Shown: positions 15,824 to 24,299 of the stretch, in pieces | Position numbering within the stretch: the first letter of the stretch is position 1 | How the letters are laid out: each line of letters begins with the position of its first letter | Assembly: GCA_025061805.1 (NCBI GenBank) | Contig: JANWZV010000001.1 | Coordinates: 1-58,497, forward strand | Source of the DNA: Candidatus Dojkabacteria bacterium | GTDB taxonomy: Bacteria > Patescibacteriota > Dojkabacteria > J137 | Length of the DNA stretch: 58,497 nucleotides | Direction: 5' to 3' | Notes under the pieces: model-generated | Databases searched by the model: none | What the model saw: the letters and a program-made list of their open reading frames with translations, nothing else | What the model was told of the DNA's origin: nothing | Program-made: the position numbers and the translations under genes

Positions 15824-16867
15824 TTAAATATTTACCCAGGGCGAAACTATGTTGTAAGATGGAGTTACAATACCTGAAATGTATGTTGTTGCTCTTCTAT
15901 GAGAAAAAGTAACAGACGTATTTGGTAAAACAGGCTGACCATAAGGAAAATATGGATATGGATTGGCATGTTCGTCTATTAGTCTAAACCTAAATCTTAC
16001 AACAGATCCTCTTGCTCCGTTTATTGTTGTTCCAGATGAATATCTTATATCGATGAATACATCGTTCATAGAATAAGGCCCAGTACCTATGTTTATACCA
16101 TTAAACTGTGTTGTGTAAACATTTGTAATATTGTAATATCCACCAGATAGATTAGGAGATCCTGGATATGTTCCTGTCCATTCCAATCTATTAGCAGAAA
16201 AAATAACGGTTCCTATTCTATTTGTAAAAATGTTAGCCCAGTTTGCTGATTTTGCATTGCCTAAACCAGTTTGATTAAAGTTTATTATTATTTCTCCGCC
16301 AGAATTGAAAAAATATCTAGTTGAATTTTCATTTGGAAATATCACGTCTATTTCCGATTGTATGCCGTTGTTTGGGCTTACACCCCATTGTGTTGTTCTT
16401 GTTACAGTAATGACGTTGCTTGTAAGCGTAGTCGAATTCAATTTTGCTGCATTGTTTAAAAAATTGTTTCTATTATTGTTTATAAGTATAATTTCATTAT
16501 TGAAATTAAATGGATTAGAACCAGAATGTGCGGTTATAATTTGACCAGTTGATAAGGCACTAACTGGCGGCAAAGAAGTGACAGGAGTATTATTTCCGTA
16601 ATAATGTTGTAACATCGTGTACAACGAATTTCTTAAATTAATCCATGTTGTACTTGTTATTATACTTGATACTGATACCGGGCTTAATACTGGAACTGTT
16701 TGACCATACCCATAATTACCAAATCCTACTCCCCATAATGCAGCTACACGTAAATTTGCTGCGGCAGAAGAAGGATAAGGATTTAAACTATCTATATTTC
16801 CTATCGCCGAGTTTATATCATTCGCAAAAATAATATTTCCTGAAGCATAATTTGCTGGAAATGTCAT
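15824..16867 (-). CDS. Fibre-like structural protein (N/S/T/G-rich)
   Basis: The composition is typical of phage fibres. It lies directly downstream of 16871..18172. Confidence 0.5.
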   Translation of the reverse strand: MTFPANYASGNIIFANDINSAIGNIDSLNPYPSSAAANLRVAALWGVGFGNYGYGQTVPVLSPVSVSSIITSTTWINLRNSLYTMLQHYYGNNTPVTSLPPVSALSTGQIITAHSGSNPFNFNNEIILINNNRNNFLNNAAKLNSTTLTSNVITVTRTTQWGVSPNNGIQSEIDVIFPNENSTRYFFNSGGEIIINFNQTGLGNAKSANWANIFTNRIGTVIFSANRLEWTGTYPGSPNLSGGYYNITNVYTTQFNGINIGTGPYSMNDVFIDIRYSSGTTINGARGSVVRFRFRLIDEHANPYPYFPYGQPVLPNTSVTFSHRRATTYISGIVTPSYNIVSPWVNI

Positions 16868-16870
16868 TAA

Positions 16871-18172
16871 TTATTTTACTCCTACTACACATTCTATTAG
16901 TTCTATTTCTTCGCTATTTTTATCTTCTAAAGATCTTCCGAAAATAGATAAAATATTATTTTTGTTTTTATCATACACCATTGCAACTCCAGGTACGTGT
17001 GAACTGGTCAATCTATCTCCCTTTCTTACTTTTCCTATTACTTTTACTTTCACTCTACCCGTCAATGCAACATATGGATGTGTTTCGTCATTTCCTGCGG
17101 ATGAATTCATTCCATATGCATAATTATTCGAAATAACACCGAAAACATCTATGTCATATGGTTCTCTTGTTTTTTCTATTTCTTTTTCTCCACCAATCTT
17201 CACTAGATCACCTGGTTCAACAGGTTCAGAAGTTTCATATCTTTCTGCTAAGTCAGCATATGTTGCTTGCAATGTAGATCCGAGTGAAAGATTGAAGTTT
17301 CCAGTAAATGTTCCTCCTGTAGCTGTAATTCTAAATTTCTCTACTCCTCCAGTAGTAAATCCTATTGTATCAGAACCCGGTCTGTAAATACCAGTATCTG
17401 TATCAGCAGTGAAATAAATGCTGGGATTGGTAACAGTTCCATCTGCGAAACCAGCTATCAAATTATTAGAATTGTTGTTTATTATTGTAGATATATTTGA
17501 TGTAGAAACAACTGTATTCCAATTCGATCCATCTCTGAATTCCAATTGATCCAATGTCGAATTATATCTGAACATACCTACAACAGGAGTTGTCGGTCTT
17601 TGTCCAGTTGTTCCAACCGGTAGAGTTATCGATGTATTTCCATTTATTGTAAGAACTGAAGTAGATGTTGTATTTCCGGCATTGAATGTCGCAGATAATG
17701 ATCCACCCGCAGTTATTCCAAATTGATTTGTGCCGGGCCTAAAAAAACCTGTGTCCGTGTCTAAAGTGAAAAATCCACTTGGGGCAGTTACTGTTCCGTC
17801 TGCAAATCCAAAAGAATTTGGAGTCGGTGAATTTGATACAACAACTGGTCTCCAATTTGGAAAAGGTGTTAAAGTATTGTATATTGGATTATTATCTCTT
17901 ACGTATAATCCGTTGTTTGCTGGATTTAGCGGATCATTGAGATACCATAATTGACCAGTGGTTGGAGATCCAGAAACATTCGGATTTATTCCAGGAGGTT
18001 GTGGTGCAGCAAAATTTTCCAATAATCTGACGAAGTTTTCTGCAACAACTTCTCCATAATTTGACACGCCTCTTCCGAATAAAGTAAGATTAAAGGCAGT
18101 GTTATTGAATACGTTATTATTTAATACTAAAGCAAGGGTTCCGTTTGATAAATTTATTGGATATGAACTCAT
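16871..18172 (-). CDS. Tail-fibre-like protein with a conserved C-terminal module
   Basis: The N-terminus LTLFGRGVSNYGEVVAENFVRLLENFA...GQLWY and the C-terminus YADLAERYE..GDLV...VFGVIS...ALTGRVKVKVIGKVRKGDRL are patterns I recall from phage fibre/appendage proteins. The C-terminal module may be a chaperone or autoprocessing domain. Confidence 0.5.
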   Translation of the reverse strand: MSSYPINLSNGTLALVLNNNVFNNTAFNLTLFGRGVSNYGEVVAENFVRLLENFAAPQPPGINPNVSGSPTTGQLWYLNDPLNPANNGLYVRDNNPIYNTLTPFPNWRPVVVSNSPTPNSFGFADGTVTAPSGFFTLDTDTGFFRPGTNQFGITAGGSLSATFNAGNTTSTSVLTINGNTSITLPVGTTGQRPTTPVVGMFRYNSTLDQLEFRDGSNWNTVVSTSNISTIINNNSNNLIAGFADGTVTNPSIYFTADTDTGIYRPGSDTIGFTTGGVEKFRITATGGTFTGNFNLSLGSTLQATYADLAERYETSEPVEPGDLVKIGGEKEIEKTREPYDIDVFGVISNNYAYGMNSSAGNDETHPYVALTGRVKVKVIGKVRKGDRLTSSHVPGVAMVYDKNKNNILSIFGRSLEDKNSEEIELIECVVGVK

Positions 18173-18180
18173 TTTTTATA

Positions 18181-18188
18181 TATTTATA
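18181..18188 (-). promoter_or_regulatory. Exact TATAAATA (T4 late consensus) 8 nt upstream of the start at 18172
   Basis: The plus strand reads TATTTATA, and the reverse complement is TATAAATA. Confidence 0.4.
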
Positions 18189-18255
18189 AAAATATGTTGT
18201 TTTTTTATGATTTAATTTTTTGTTTCTTATAATTTTTTGTTTTTATGATAAAAAA

Positions 18256-18265
18256 ATAAATATTT
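18256..18265 (+). promoter_or_regulatory. ATAAATATTT box, 4 nt upstream of the ATG at 18270
   Basis: Exact 10-mer. Confidence 0.35.
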
Positions 18266-18269
18266 TTAA

Positions 18270-18554
18270 ATGAAAAACGAAGATGAATTAGAAAAAACTA
18301 TTGATGAAACCTTATCTTTCTATTTGCAGAGCATACCGGTAGAAAAAGTTCCAACAAAGTATGTAAAAAAAATAGAAGTAGAATTCGTTAATGGCAATAA
18401 GAAAATAATTCAAAGTGGTGGAAAAGAAAAATTCATGGAAAGTCTTATGGCAAAAAAAGTAAAAGAAAATATAATAAAAATAGATTTTGTTTTCGATTTC
18501 AAAAAATTAAGAGAAGACGTGGAAAAAGATTTCAACAAAATAGTTAAATTTTAG
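18270..18554 (+). CDS. Hypothetical protein
   Basis: 94-aa ORF. Confidence 0.55.
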   Translation: MKNEDELEKTIDETLSFYLQSIPVEKVPTKYVKKIEVEFVNGNKKIIQSGGKEKFMESLMAKKVKENIIKIDFVFDFKKLREDVEKDFNKIVKF

Positions 18555-18572
18555 ATCTCGAAAAAAAGTCAA

Positions 18573-18582
18573 ATAAATATTT
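18573..18582 (+). promoter_or_regulatory. ATAAATATTT box, 3 nt upstream of the ATG at 18586
   Basis: Exact 10-mer. Confidence 0.35.
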
Positions 18583-18585
18583 TTA

Positions 18586-19509
18586 ATGCAAGATATAATA
18601 AGAAAACCATTGGATTTTGATTTCATATTTCTATCATATAGAGAAAGTTGTGCAGATAAAAATTTTCTCGATCTAAAGAAAAAAGTACCTCATGCAAAAC
18701 GGGTTCATGGAGTAAAAGGATTTTCAGCTGCTCATAAAAAGGCAGCTAGTATCGCAAATACTGAATGGTTTTTTACAGTTGATGCCGATTCAATCATTTA
18801 CGAAGATTGGATAAAAAATTCAACAGTAAAAGTCCCATCATTCGATGGTTGTGTGTGTTGGAAAGCATATAATCCAATTTTGTTTTCTTCTTATGGTAAT
18901 GGTGGTTTGAAATTATGGAACAAAAAATTTTTAGAGGAATTAAGATCGCACGAAGACGTAGATGAAAAAAACAAACACCTAAAAATTGATTTTTGTTATG
19001 ATAATAGATATATTCATATAAATCAGTTGGCGGGAGAAACAGATCCTTTTCATTCTTCTCAAGCATCTTTTTCTTCTGGTTTTAGGGAAGGATTGAAATT
19101 AATAAAAGATGCTAGATTTGATACAAAGAATGATGTACATTCTTTACCAAAAGAAAACAAAGCTGCTTGGATAAAATGGACTAATTTAACTTTATTATTG
19201 GACAGACGCTTTTCTTCTTGGGGAAGTTTTGGGGCTAGATTTTCGACGTTAAATCTCTTAACTATAAAAAATTATAAAGAAACGTTTATAAATCAAATAG
19301 ATGATTTGTATTCTTTACAGGAAAAGTTAGAAAAAGAATTCGGAAAACCGTTTTCTAAAAAATGGTTAGAATATTATGAGTATATGGGCAAGTGTATAGA
19401 AAACATAACAGGAATAAGAATGTGTACTATAATAAGAGATTCTAGATCATCCAGTTTTCTTGAAGATTTTTTAAATTTTTATAAAAAAGAAGGTATAATA
19501 GATGTTTGA
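18586..19509 (+). CDS. Glycosyltransferase-like protein, paralog 1 of a three-member family
   Basis: FIFLSYRESCADKNF ... FFTVDADSII (DxD) ... YGNGGLKLWNK. These are shared with 19502..20197 and 25632..26600. Confidence 0.45.
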   Translation: MQDIIRKPLDFDFIFLSYRESCADKNFLDLKKKVPHAKRVHGVKGFSAAHKKAASIANTEWFFTVDADSIIYEDWIKNSTVKVPSFDGCVCWKAYNPILFSSYGNGGLKLWNKKFLEELRSHEDVDEKNKHLKIDFCYDNRYIHINQLAGETDPFHSSQASFSSGFREGLKLIKDARFDTKNDVHSLPKENKAAWIKWTNLTLLLDRRFSSWGSFGARFSTLNLLTIKNYKETFINQIDDLYSLQEKLEKEFGKPFSKKWLEYYEYMGKCIENITGIRMCTIIRDSRSSSFLEDFLNFYKKEGIIDV

Positions 19510-20197
19510 TATATTTTTTCTTTACAATAAAGAAAAAAATGCAGAAAAGAACTTCGAGATTATAAAAAAATTTTTTGATTGGGTGAGAGTAATTGAAAAT
19601 GCAAAAAGCATTGCAAATGCACATATAATCGCTGCCAAATTGTCGAAAACAAGCTGGTTTTATACAATAGATGCAGATAATATATTTTTGGAAGAGGGTA
19701 AAGAAATCATTTTTAGATATGATCCGTATAAAAGAATAAAAAATATTAATCATTTTTCTGTTATTGTTTTTAATTCTTGTAATTTTACTAATAGATGTGT
19801 TTATGGTTGGGGGGCGGTTAAATTATGGAAAAAAAACCATGTCATTGATTTTTTTCCTAGAAAATACATTGATTTTACCACTTCCTTTTCCATGAAAAAA
19901 GAGGATTCGGTATTATCTATTCATCATTATAATTTTGATCCGTTTAATACATGGAAAAGTGTTTTTAGAGAATATTTCAAATTAAAATATTCTTATGAAA
20001 TAAAGAAAACAAGTGTATTAGAAGAAAGAATAGAAATGTGGAAAAATTGCAATGAAAAATTCGATTATAAAAAATTTTATGTTGATGCAATTGATTTTGT
20101 AGATGAAATTTTTTCATGTAAAAATTATGATCAATATAAGGAATTGTTAAATAATTTTGAAAAATTGAAAGAAATATTTTTATCGAGAACAACATAA
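19502..20197 (+). CDS. Glycosyltransferase-like protein, paralog 2
   Basis: DIFFLYNKEKNAEKNF ... FYTIDADNIF ... YGWGAVKLWKK. It overlaps paralog 1 by 8 nt. Confidence 0.45.
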   Translation: MFDIFFLYNKEKNAEKNFEIIKKFFDWVRVIENAKSIANAHIIAAKLSKTSWFYTIDADNIFLEEGKEIIFRYDPYKRIKNINHFSVIVFNSCNFTNRCVYGWGAVKLWKKNHVIDFFPRKYIDFTTSFSMKKEDSVLSIHHYNFDPFNTWKSVFREYFKLKYSYEIKKTSVLEERIEMWKNCNEKFDYKKFYVDAIDFVDEIFSCKNYDQYKELLNNFEKLKEIFLSRTT

Positions 20198-20201
20198 AAT
20201 A

Positions 20202-20813
20202 ATGAACGAAAACGAACCAAAAGTATATGATAAGTTTAATATCAGAAAACTAGATAATGTGGATTTTTTTAATTATATAAAAAAACAAGATATAATAAAT
20301 GTTTCTATGTTATATTATTTTGTAATTAAACGATTTGATTATAAGTTCAGTGTGTTGGATATAGGATGTGGAAAATGCAGAGATTTGCAATTTTTTGAAT
20401 TTATGAATTGCGATGCATTGGGTATAGAAACAATAAAAAATAAAAATGAAAACTTGAGATTTTTCAATGTCGAATTACTTGATAAGCTCAATAACTTTGA
20501 AATTAATAAAAAATTTGATTTACTGTGGGCTAATACTACTTTCATTATTTTTAATTGTTATGAACTTATCGAAAATTTAAGAAAGTTTTCAAAATATCTG
20601 AAGAAACAAGGATATTTTTTTCTTAATTTTTATTTGGGAAATGGACCTAAAATAATAAAAAATAAATATTACTTGGATATCAATTTGGAATTAATGCGAA
20701 ATATATGTTCTATTGTTCCTGGTTTGTTCATTCTTGATTATTTGGAGTTCAGAGGAGAAGCTGACGAAAGGGATGATAACATTTGGGTGAATTTTTTATT
20801 AAGAAAATATTGA
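20202..20813 (+). CDS. Class I SAM-dependent methyltransferase
   Basis: VLDIGCGKCRD is motif I. Confidence 0.6.
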   Translation: MNENEPKVYDKFNIRKLDNVDFFNYIKKQDIINVSMLYYFVIKRFDYKFSVLDIGCGKCRDLQFFEFMNCDALGIETIKNKNENLRFFNVELLDKLNNFEINKKFDLLWANTTFIIFNCYELIENLRKFSKYLKKQGYFFLNFYLGNGPKIIKNKYYLDINLELMRNICSIVPGLFILDYLEFRGEADERDDNIWVNFLLRKY

Positions 20814-20844
20814 CTAATATATAAAATATGATAAATAGGATATT

Positions 20845-20880
20845 GGAAAGATGAAAGTTCGGAATGAATTTCATCTTTCC
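20845..20880 (+). promoter_or_regulatory. Perfect 12-bp stem-loop in the hsp20 leader
   Basis: GGAAAGATGAAA (20845-20856), a 12-nt loop, then TTTCATCTTTCC (20869-20880). No T-run follows. Confidence 0.5.
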
Positions 20881-20935
20881 ATGCTGCCCATCAGGGAGCT
20901 TCCTACTTTGCTTAAAAAAGAAAGGAGGAAAAAAC

Positions 20936-21358
20936 ATGTTAACAGAACTAAGAAACTTTAAAACCCCTTTGTTCATTGGTTTCGAAGATATACTAAATTT
21001 CATTGATAATTTAGAAAATCAAGTAAACAGTTATCCACCATATAATCTAGTAAAAACTGGTGATAATACTTGGGTGATAGAAGTTGCAGTGGCAGGATAT
21101 TCGGAAAAAGACATCAGCGTAGTTTATGAAAATGGTAAACTTCTAGTACAATCTGATGGCATAAATTCTAAAGAAGAGAACAGAGTATTCTTGCATAAGG
21201 GCATATCTAGTAAAAAATTTAAATTGTTTTGGAGACTTTCTGAATATGTCGAAGTTGAAGATTGCAAATTGCAAAATGGAATATTGACTATTCATCTGAA
21301 GAAAAATATTCCGGAACATTTGAAACCGAAAACAATAGAAATAAAGAGAATAAACTAA
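20936..21358 (+). CDS. ibpA: Small heat-shock protein, IbpA/IbpB (Hsp20) family
   Basis: SYPPYNLVK..., IEVAVAGYSEKDISV, GILTIHLKKNIPEHLKPKTIEI closely parallel E. coli IbpA. The strong SD aaaggagg precedes the ATG at 20936, and the track start at 20864 is rejected. Confidence 0.9.
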   Translation: MLTELRNFKTPLFIGFEDILNFIDNLENQVNSYPPYNLVKTGDNTWVIEVAVAGYSEKDISVVYENGKLLVQSDGINSKEENRVFLHKGISSKKFKLFWRLSEYVEVEDCKLQNGILTIHLKKNIPEHLKPKTIEIKRIN

Positions 21359-21375
21359 ATTTATAGAAAATAAAA

Positions 21376-21405
21376 GGGGAAGGGGGAATTGCCTTCCCCT
21401 TTTTG
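21376..21405 (+). terminator. Rho-independent terminator after hsp20
   Basis: GGGGAAGG, a loop, CCTTCCCC, then TTTTT. Confidence 0.75.
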
Positions 21406-21472
21406 TTTTGAATATATGATTAATTAAACGATTTTGATAATTTTTTATTTATGTGAAACATTCAAATAATGT

Positions 21473-21829
21473 TTAGAAATTCATTTTTTCTGTCTTTATT
21501 TTATTTACTTCTGTTACCAGTTCGTTGATCTTATCTATTAATTTTTTTTCTTTTTTTTCTAAACTGTTTACTTTTTTCTGTAGATTCTTTATTTCTCTTG
21601 ATTGTTCTCTCAATCTTTTTTCTAAAAGAGATACATAACCGGAGTTCGCCAGGTACAAAAGCTCGCCATTGTGTTCAATTATATATTGATGCTTGCTAGA
21701 TAATTTTAATCCAGAAATTTGATTTAATGATCTTTTTTCGAAGTCGAACAATGGGTTTATAGGTTGTTTATTGTTTTGAGATACATTTTTTTGTGAAGAA
21801 GAATATATTGTTTTTAATATGTTGTTCAT
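21473..21829 (-). CDS. Hypothetical coiled-coil protein
   Basis: 118-aa ORF with a K/E-rich heptad-like C-terminus. Confidence 0.55.
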   Translation of the reverse strand: MNNILKTIYSSSQKNVSQNNKQPINPLFDFEKRSLNQISGLKLSSKHQYIIEHNGELLYLANSGYVSLLEKRLREQSREIKNLQKKVNSLEKKEKKLIDKINELVTEVNKIKTEKMNF

Positions 21830-21989
21830 GTTTATTTCTTTTGATTTTCAATGAATAAATTTTTTGATGATGGTTCATAAAAGTTTTTTTTGCTATGAAT
21901 GTTCAAATACATACGATTTATCATTATCTTTCATATTTATGATCATTATGATCATTCTCAATTTGTTTTTGTGATTGTTTACAAAACGT

Positions 21990-22592
21990 CTATGATGATT
22001 TTTTCATGGAATTTATTGAAATATACTTCAGAACTTTTTCTTCGGATATTTTCAAATAATTTTCTAATGTAGAATCGTTGTTTATTTTTTCATCGCACAA
22101 TGATTTCAATTTTTCTATGTTTTCGGAATCATGTTCATCATTTAAAAATGATTCTTTTCTTGATATGAAAAACAATATTCCTCCATATTCTTTGATGAAT
22201 TTGCATTCGTTTTCGAATCTACAATCTGTTATTACAATATGTTGATTTTTATCATTTATGTTTTTTAGAATCTTTTTTTCTATAATATAGATCCAAATGT
22301 TTTCATCGAAATTTTTTCGGAATATATCAGTTCCTATTGTTTGTAGAGCTTTTCTCGGAGTAAAATCTTGTTTTAATTTAGAACTCCAGTATTCATCTTT
22401 TTGTTCTCTCCATATTCTTGATTTTGGTGTGTTTCCTTCCAATAAATTCATTTCCCATTCGAAAAGAATAGATGTTATTTTTTTCAAAGGTTCTGCAAAT
22501 GATAATTTAGTAAAATTATATTTTTTTTCTAGATAATTACCAAGAGTATCTTTGCCGGAATTTTTTTTACCAACTAAACCTAATAAAAACAT
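21990..22592 (-). CDS. Deoxynucleoside monophosphate kinase (T4 gp1-like)
   Basis: The N-terminal P-loop is LGLVGKKNSGKDT. Length is ~200 aa. Confidence 0.6.
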   Translation of the reverse strand: MFLLGLVGKKNSGKDTLGNYLEKKYNFTKLSFAEPLKKITSILFEWEMNLLEGNTPKSRIWREQKDEYWSSKLKQDFTPRKALQTIGTDIFRKNFDENIWIYIIEKKILKNINDKNQHIVITDCRFENECKFIKEYGGILFFISRKESFLNDEHDSENIEKLKSLCDEKINNDSTLENYLKISEEKVLKYISINSMKKSS

Positions 22593-22604
22593 ACTAAAAA
22601 TATT

Positions 22605-22853
22605 TTAGTTGATTGTAAATATTTTGTCAACTTTGATATATTCTGTTTTATTATTGCAATTATAAGAAACCAATATTTCTTTTATTACTGCGTTTATATT
22701 GTTTTTCCAAAAATTCAAAAATTTATGTATTCTATATAATTCAGGTAATTTATCTTCTGTTTGCCAAATAAATTCTTGGAGTATGTTGGTATATTGTGGG
22801 TTATAGTATATTACATTCAATGTGACTAAAATTTTATTCTTAATGATTATCAC
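22605..22853 (-). CDS. Usg-like family protein
   Basis: YYNPQYTNILQEFIWQTEDKLPELYRIHKFLNFW parallels the alphaproteobacterial Usg pattern (YrmPD...LQ.FvWQ.yD.aP.fP.L..FL.FW), recalled from memory. The start codon is GTG. Confidence 0.4.
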   Translation of the reverse strand: MIIIKNKILVTLNVIYYNPQYTNILQEFIWQTEDKLPELYRIHKFLNFWKNNINAVIKEILVSYNCNNKTEYIKVDKIFTIN

Positions 22854-22931
22854 ATAAATATTTATTAATCTCTACTAAATTTTATATTTTATTTTGTTAA
22901 AATCTTATGATTAGAACTATAATAAAAGAAA

Positions 22932-24299
22932 ATGCAAACAACGGAATTAAGAGAAATTTCATCTTCTTATATAGAAAAAATATACAAGGATTATGCCATC
23001 TATGTCTGCGAATCGAGAGCTATACCTAAAGTTTCTGATGGTCTAAAAGATGCTCTAAGAAAAGCCCATTGGATATTGAAAGATAAAAATAATGAAATAA
23101 AGACGCTTTCTTTAGTTGGAGAAATGATTTCTTCTGGGTTATATTTACATGGTGATGCTCCCGCTTCTGAGGCTATTTCTATGGCCGCGTCGCCTTTCAA
23201 TAACAACGTTCCATTGATAGAAGGAATAGGTAATTTCGGTACAAAAGTGACACCCAAAGATTTTGGTGCTCCCAGATATACCTACGTCAAAAGAAGTTTT
23301 TATGCACAAAAAATATTATATAATGACTTGGATCTTGTTCCTTTGAAAGAAAATTACGATGGATCAACTAAAGAACCTATAACTTTTTTACCTATACTTC
23401 CTTTAGTGTTGTTGAATGGTGTTTCTGGTATAGCAGTTGGTTGGAGCACTGAAATCTTGCCAAGATCTTTAAGTCAATTGATTGATGTTACCATTGCAGT
23501 TTTAAATGGTAATTTAAATAATGTCGATCTAAGCCCAAGATTTACTTATTTGGATGTTGATATTAAAAAAATATCAGAAAATTCTTACGAAATAAACGGA
23601 AAAATAGAAAGAAAAGAAAATGATGTTCTTGTCATCAGAGAAATACCACCGTATTCTAGTATAGAAAAAGTAAAAAAGAATTTGGATTTTCTCTTGGATT
23701 CGGATTTTATAAAAGATTGGAATGATTATTCTAGCGAAGAAATAAATATAGAAATTAAATTCAAAAAAGGAGATTTGAATAATTTTGATGATGATTTTTT
23801 ATTGAAAAAACTGAAACTTTCCGAGAAAGTAACAGAACGAATTGTTGTAATAGATTTCGATGGAAAAAAAATAAAACAATATAATGATCCATTGAGTCTT
23901 GTCATTGATTTTGTGAACTGGAGATTGGGTTTTTATAAATTTAGATTCGAAAAATTATTACGAGAAAAAGAGAGAGAAATATTTTATAATTTTTGTTTAT
24001 TGCAGTGTTTTGAAAGAAATCTAATAAAAAATTTCATAAAGTTTCATAATAAAAAAGAAATAATGAATTACATGAAGGAAGAATTACAAGAATTCGATCC
24101 GGATGATGAAATTTTGGAAAAAATAGTGAATTTGCCTACATATTTTTGGTCGAAGGAAAAAAAAGAGGAGATAGATAAAAAGATAGAACAAATGTTAAAT
24201 GATATAAACAATTACAAACATATATTGTCCAGTGATGAGAATTTAAAAAAAGAATATATAAAAGAGGTTATGGAAATAAGGAAAATAATAAAAAAATGA
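22932..24299 (+). CDS. DNA topoisomerase II, GyrA/ParC-like cleavage subunit (T4 gp52-like)
   Basis: SRAIPKVSDGLKDALRK (RxxPxxxDGLKPxxR) and the GAPRYTY catalytic Tyr loop. Confidence 0.75.
   Translation: MQTTELREISSSYIEKIYKDYAIYVCESRAIPKVSDGLKDALRKAHWILKDKNNEIKTLSLVGEMISSGLYLHGDAPASEAISMAASPFNNNVPLIEGIGNFGTKVTPKDFGAPRYTYVKRSFYAQKILYNDLDLVPLKENYDGSTKEPITFLPILPLVLLNGVSGIAVGWSTEILPRSLSQLIDVTIAVLNGNLNNVDLSPRFTYLDVDIKKISENSYEINGKIERKENDVLVIREIPPYSSIEKVKKNLDFLLDSDFIKDWNDYSSEEINIEIKFKKGDLNNFDDDFLLKKLKLSEKVTERIVVIDFDGKKIKQYNDPLSLVIDFVNWRLGFYKFRFEKLLREKEREIFYNFCLLQCFERNLIKNFIKFHNKKEIMNYMKEELQEFDPDDEILEKIVNLPTYFWSKEKKEEIDKKIEQMLNDINNYKHILSSDENLKKEYIKEVMEIRKIIKK

Noticed and set aside
20864-20935. 24-aa N-terminal extension of Hsp20
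   Set aside because: The strong SD precedes the internal ATG at 20936. The extension covers the leader hairpin and is not IbpA-like.
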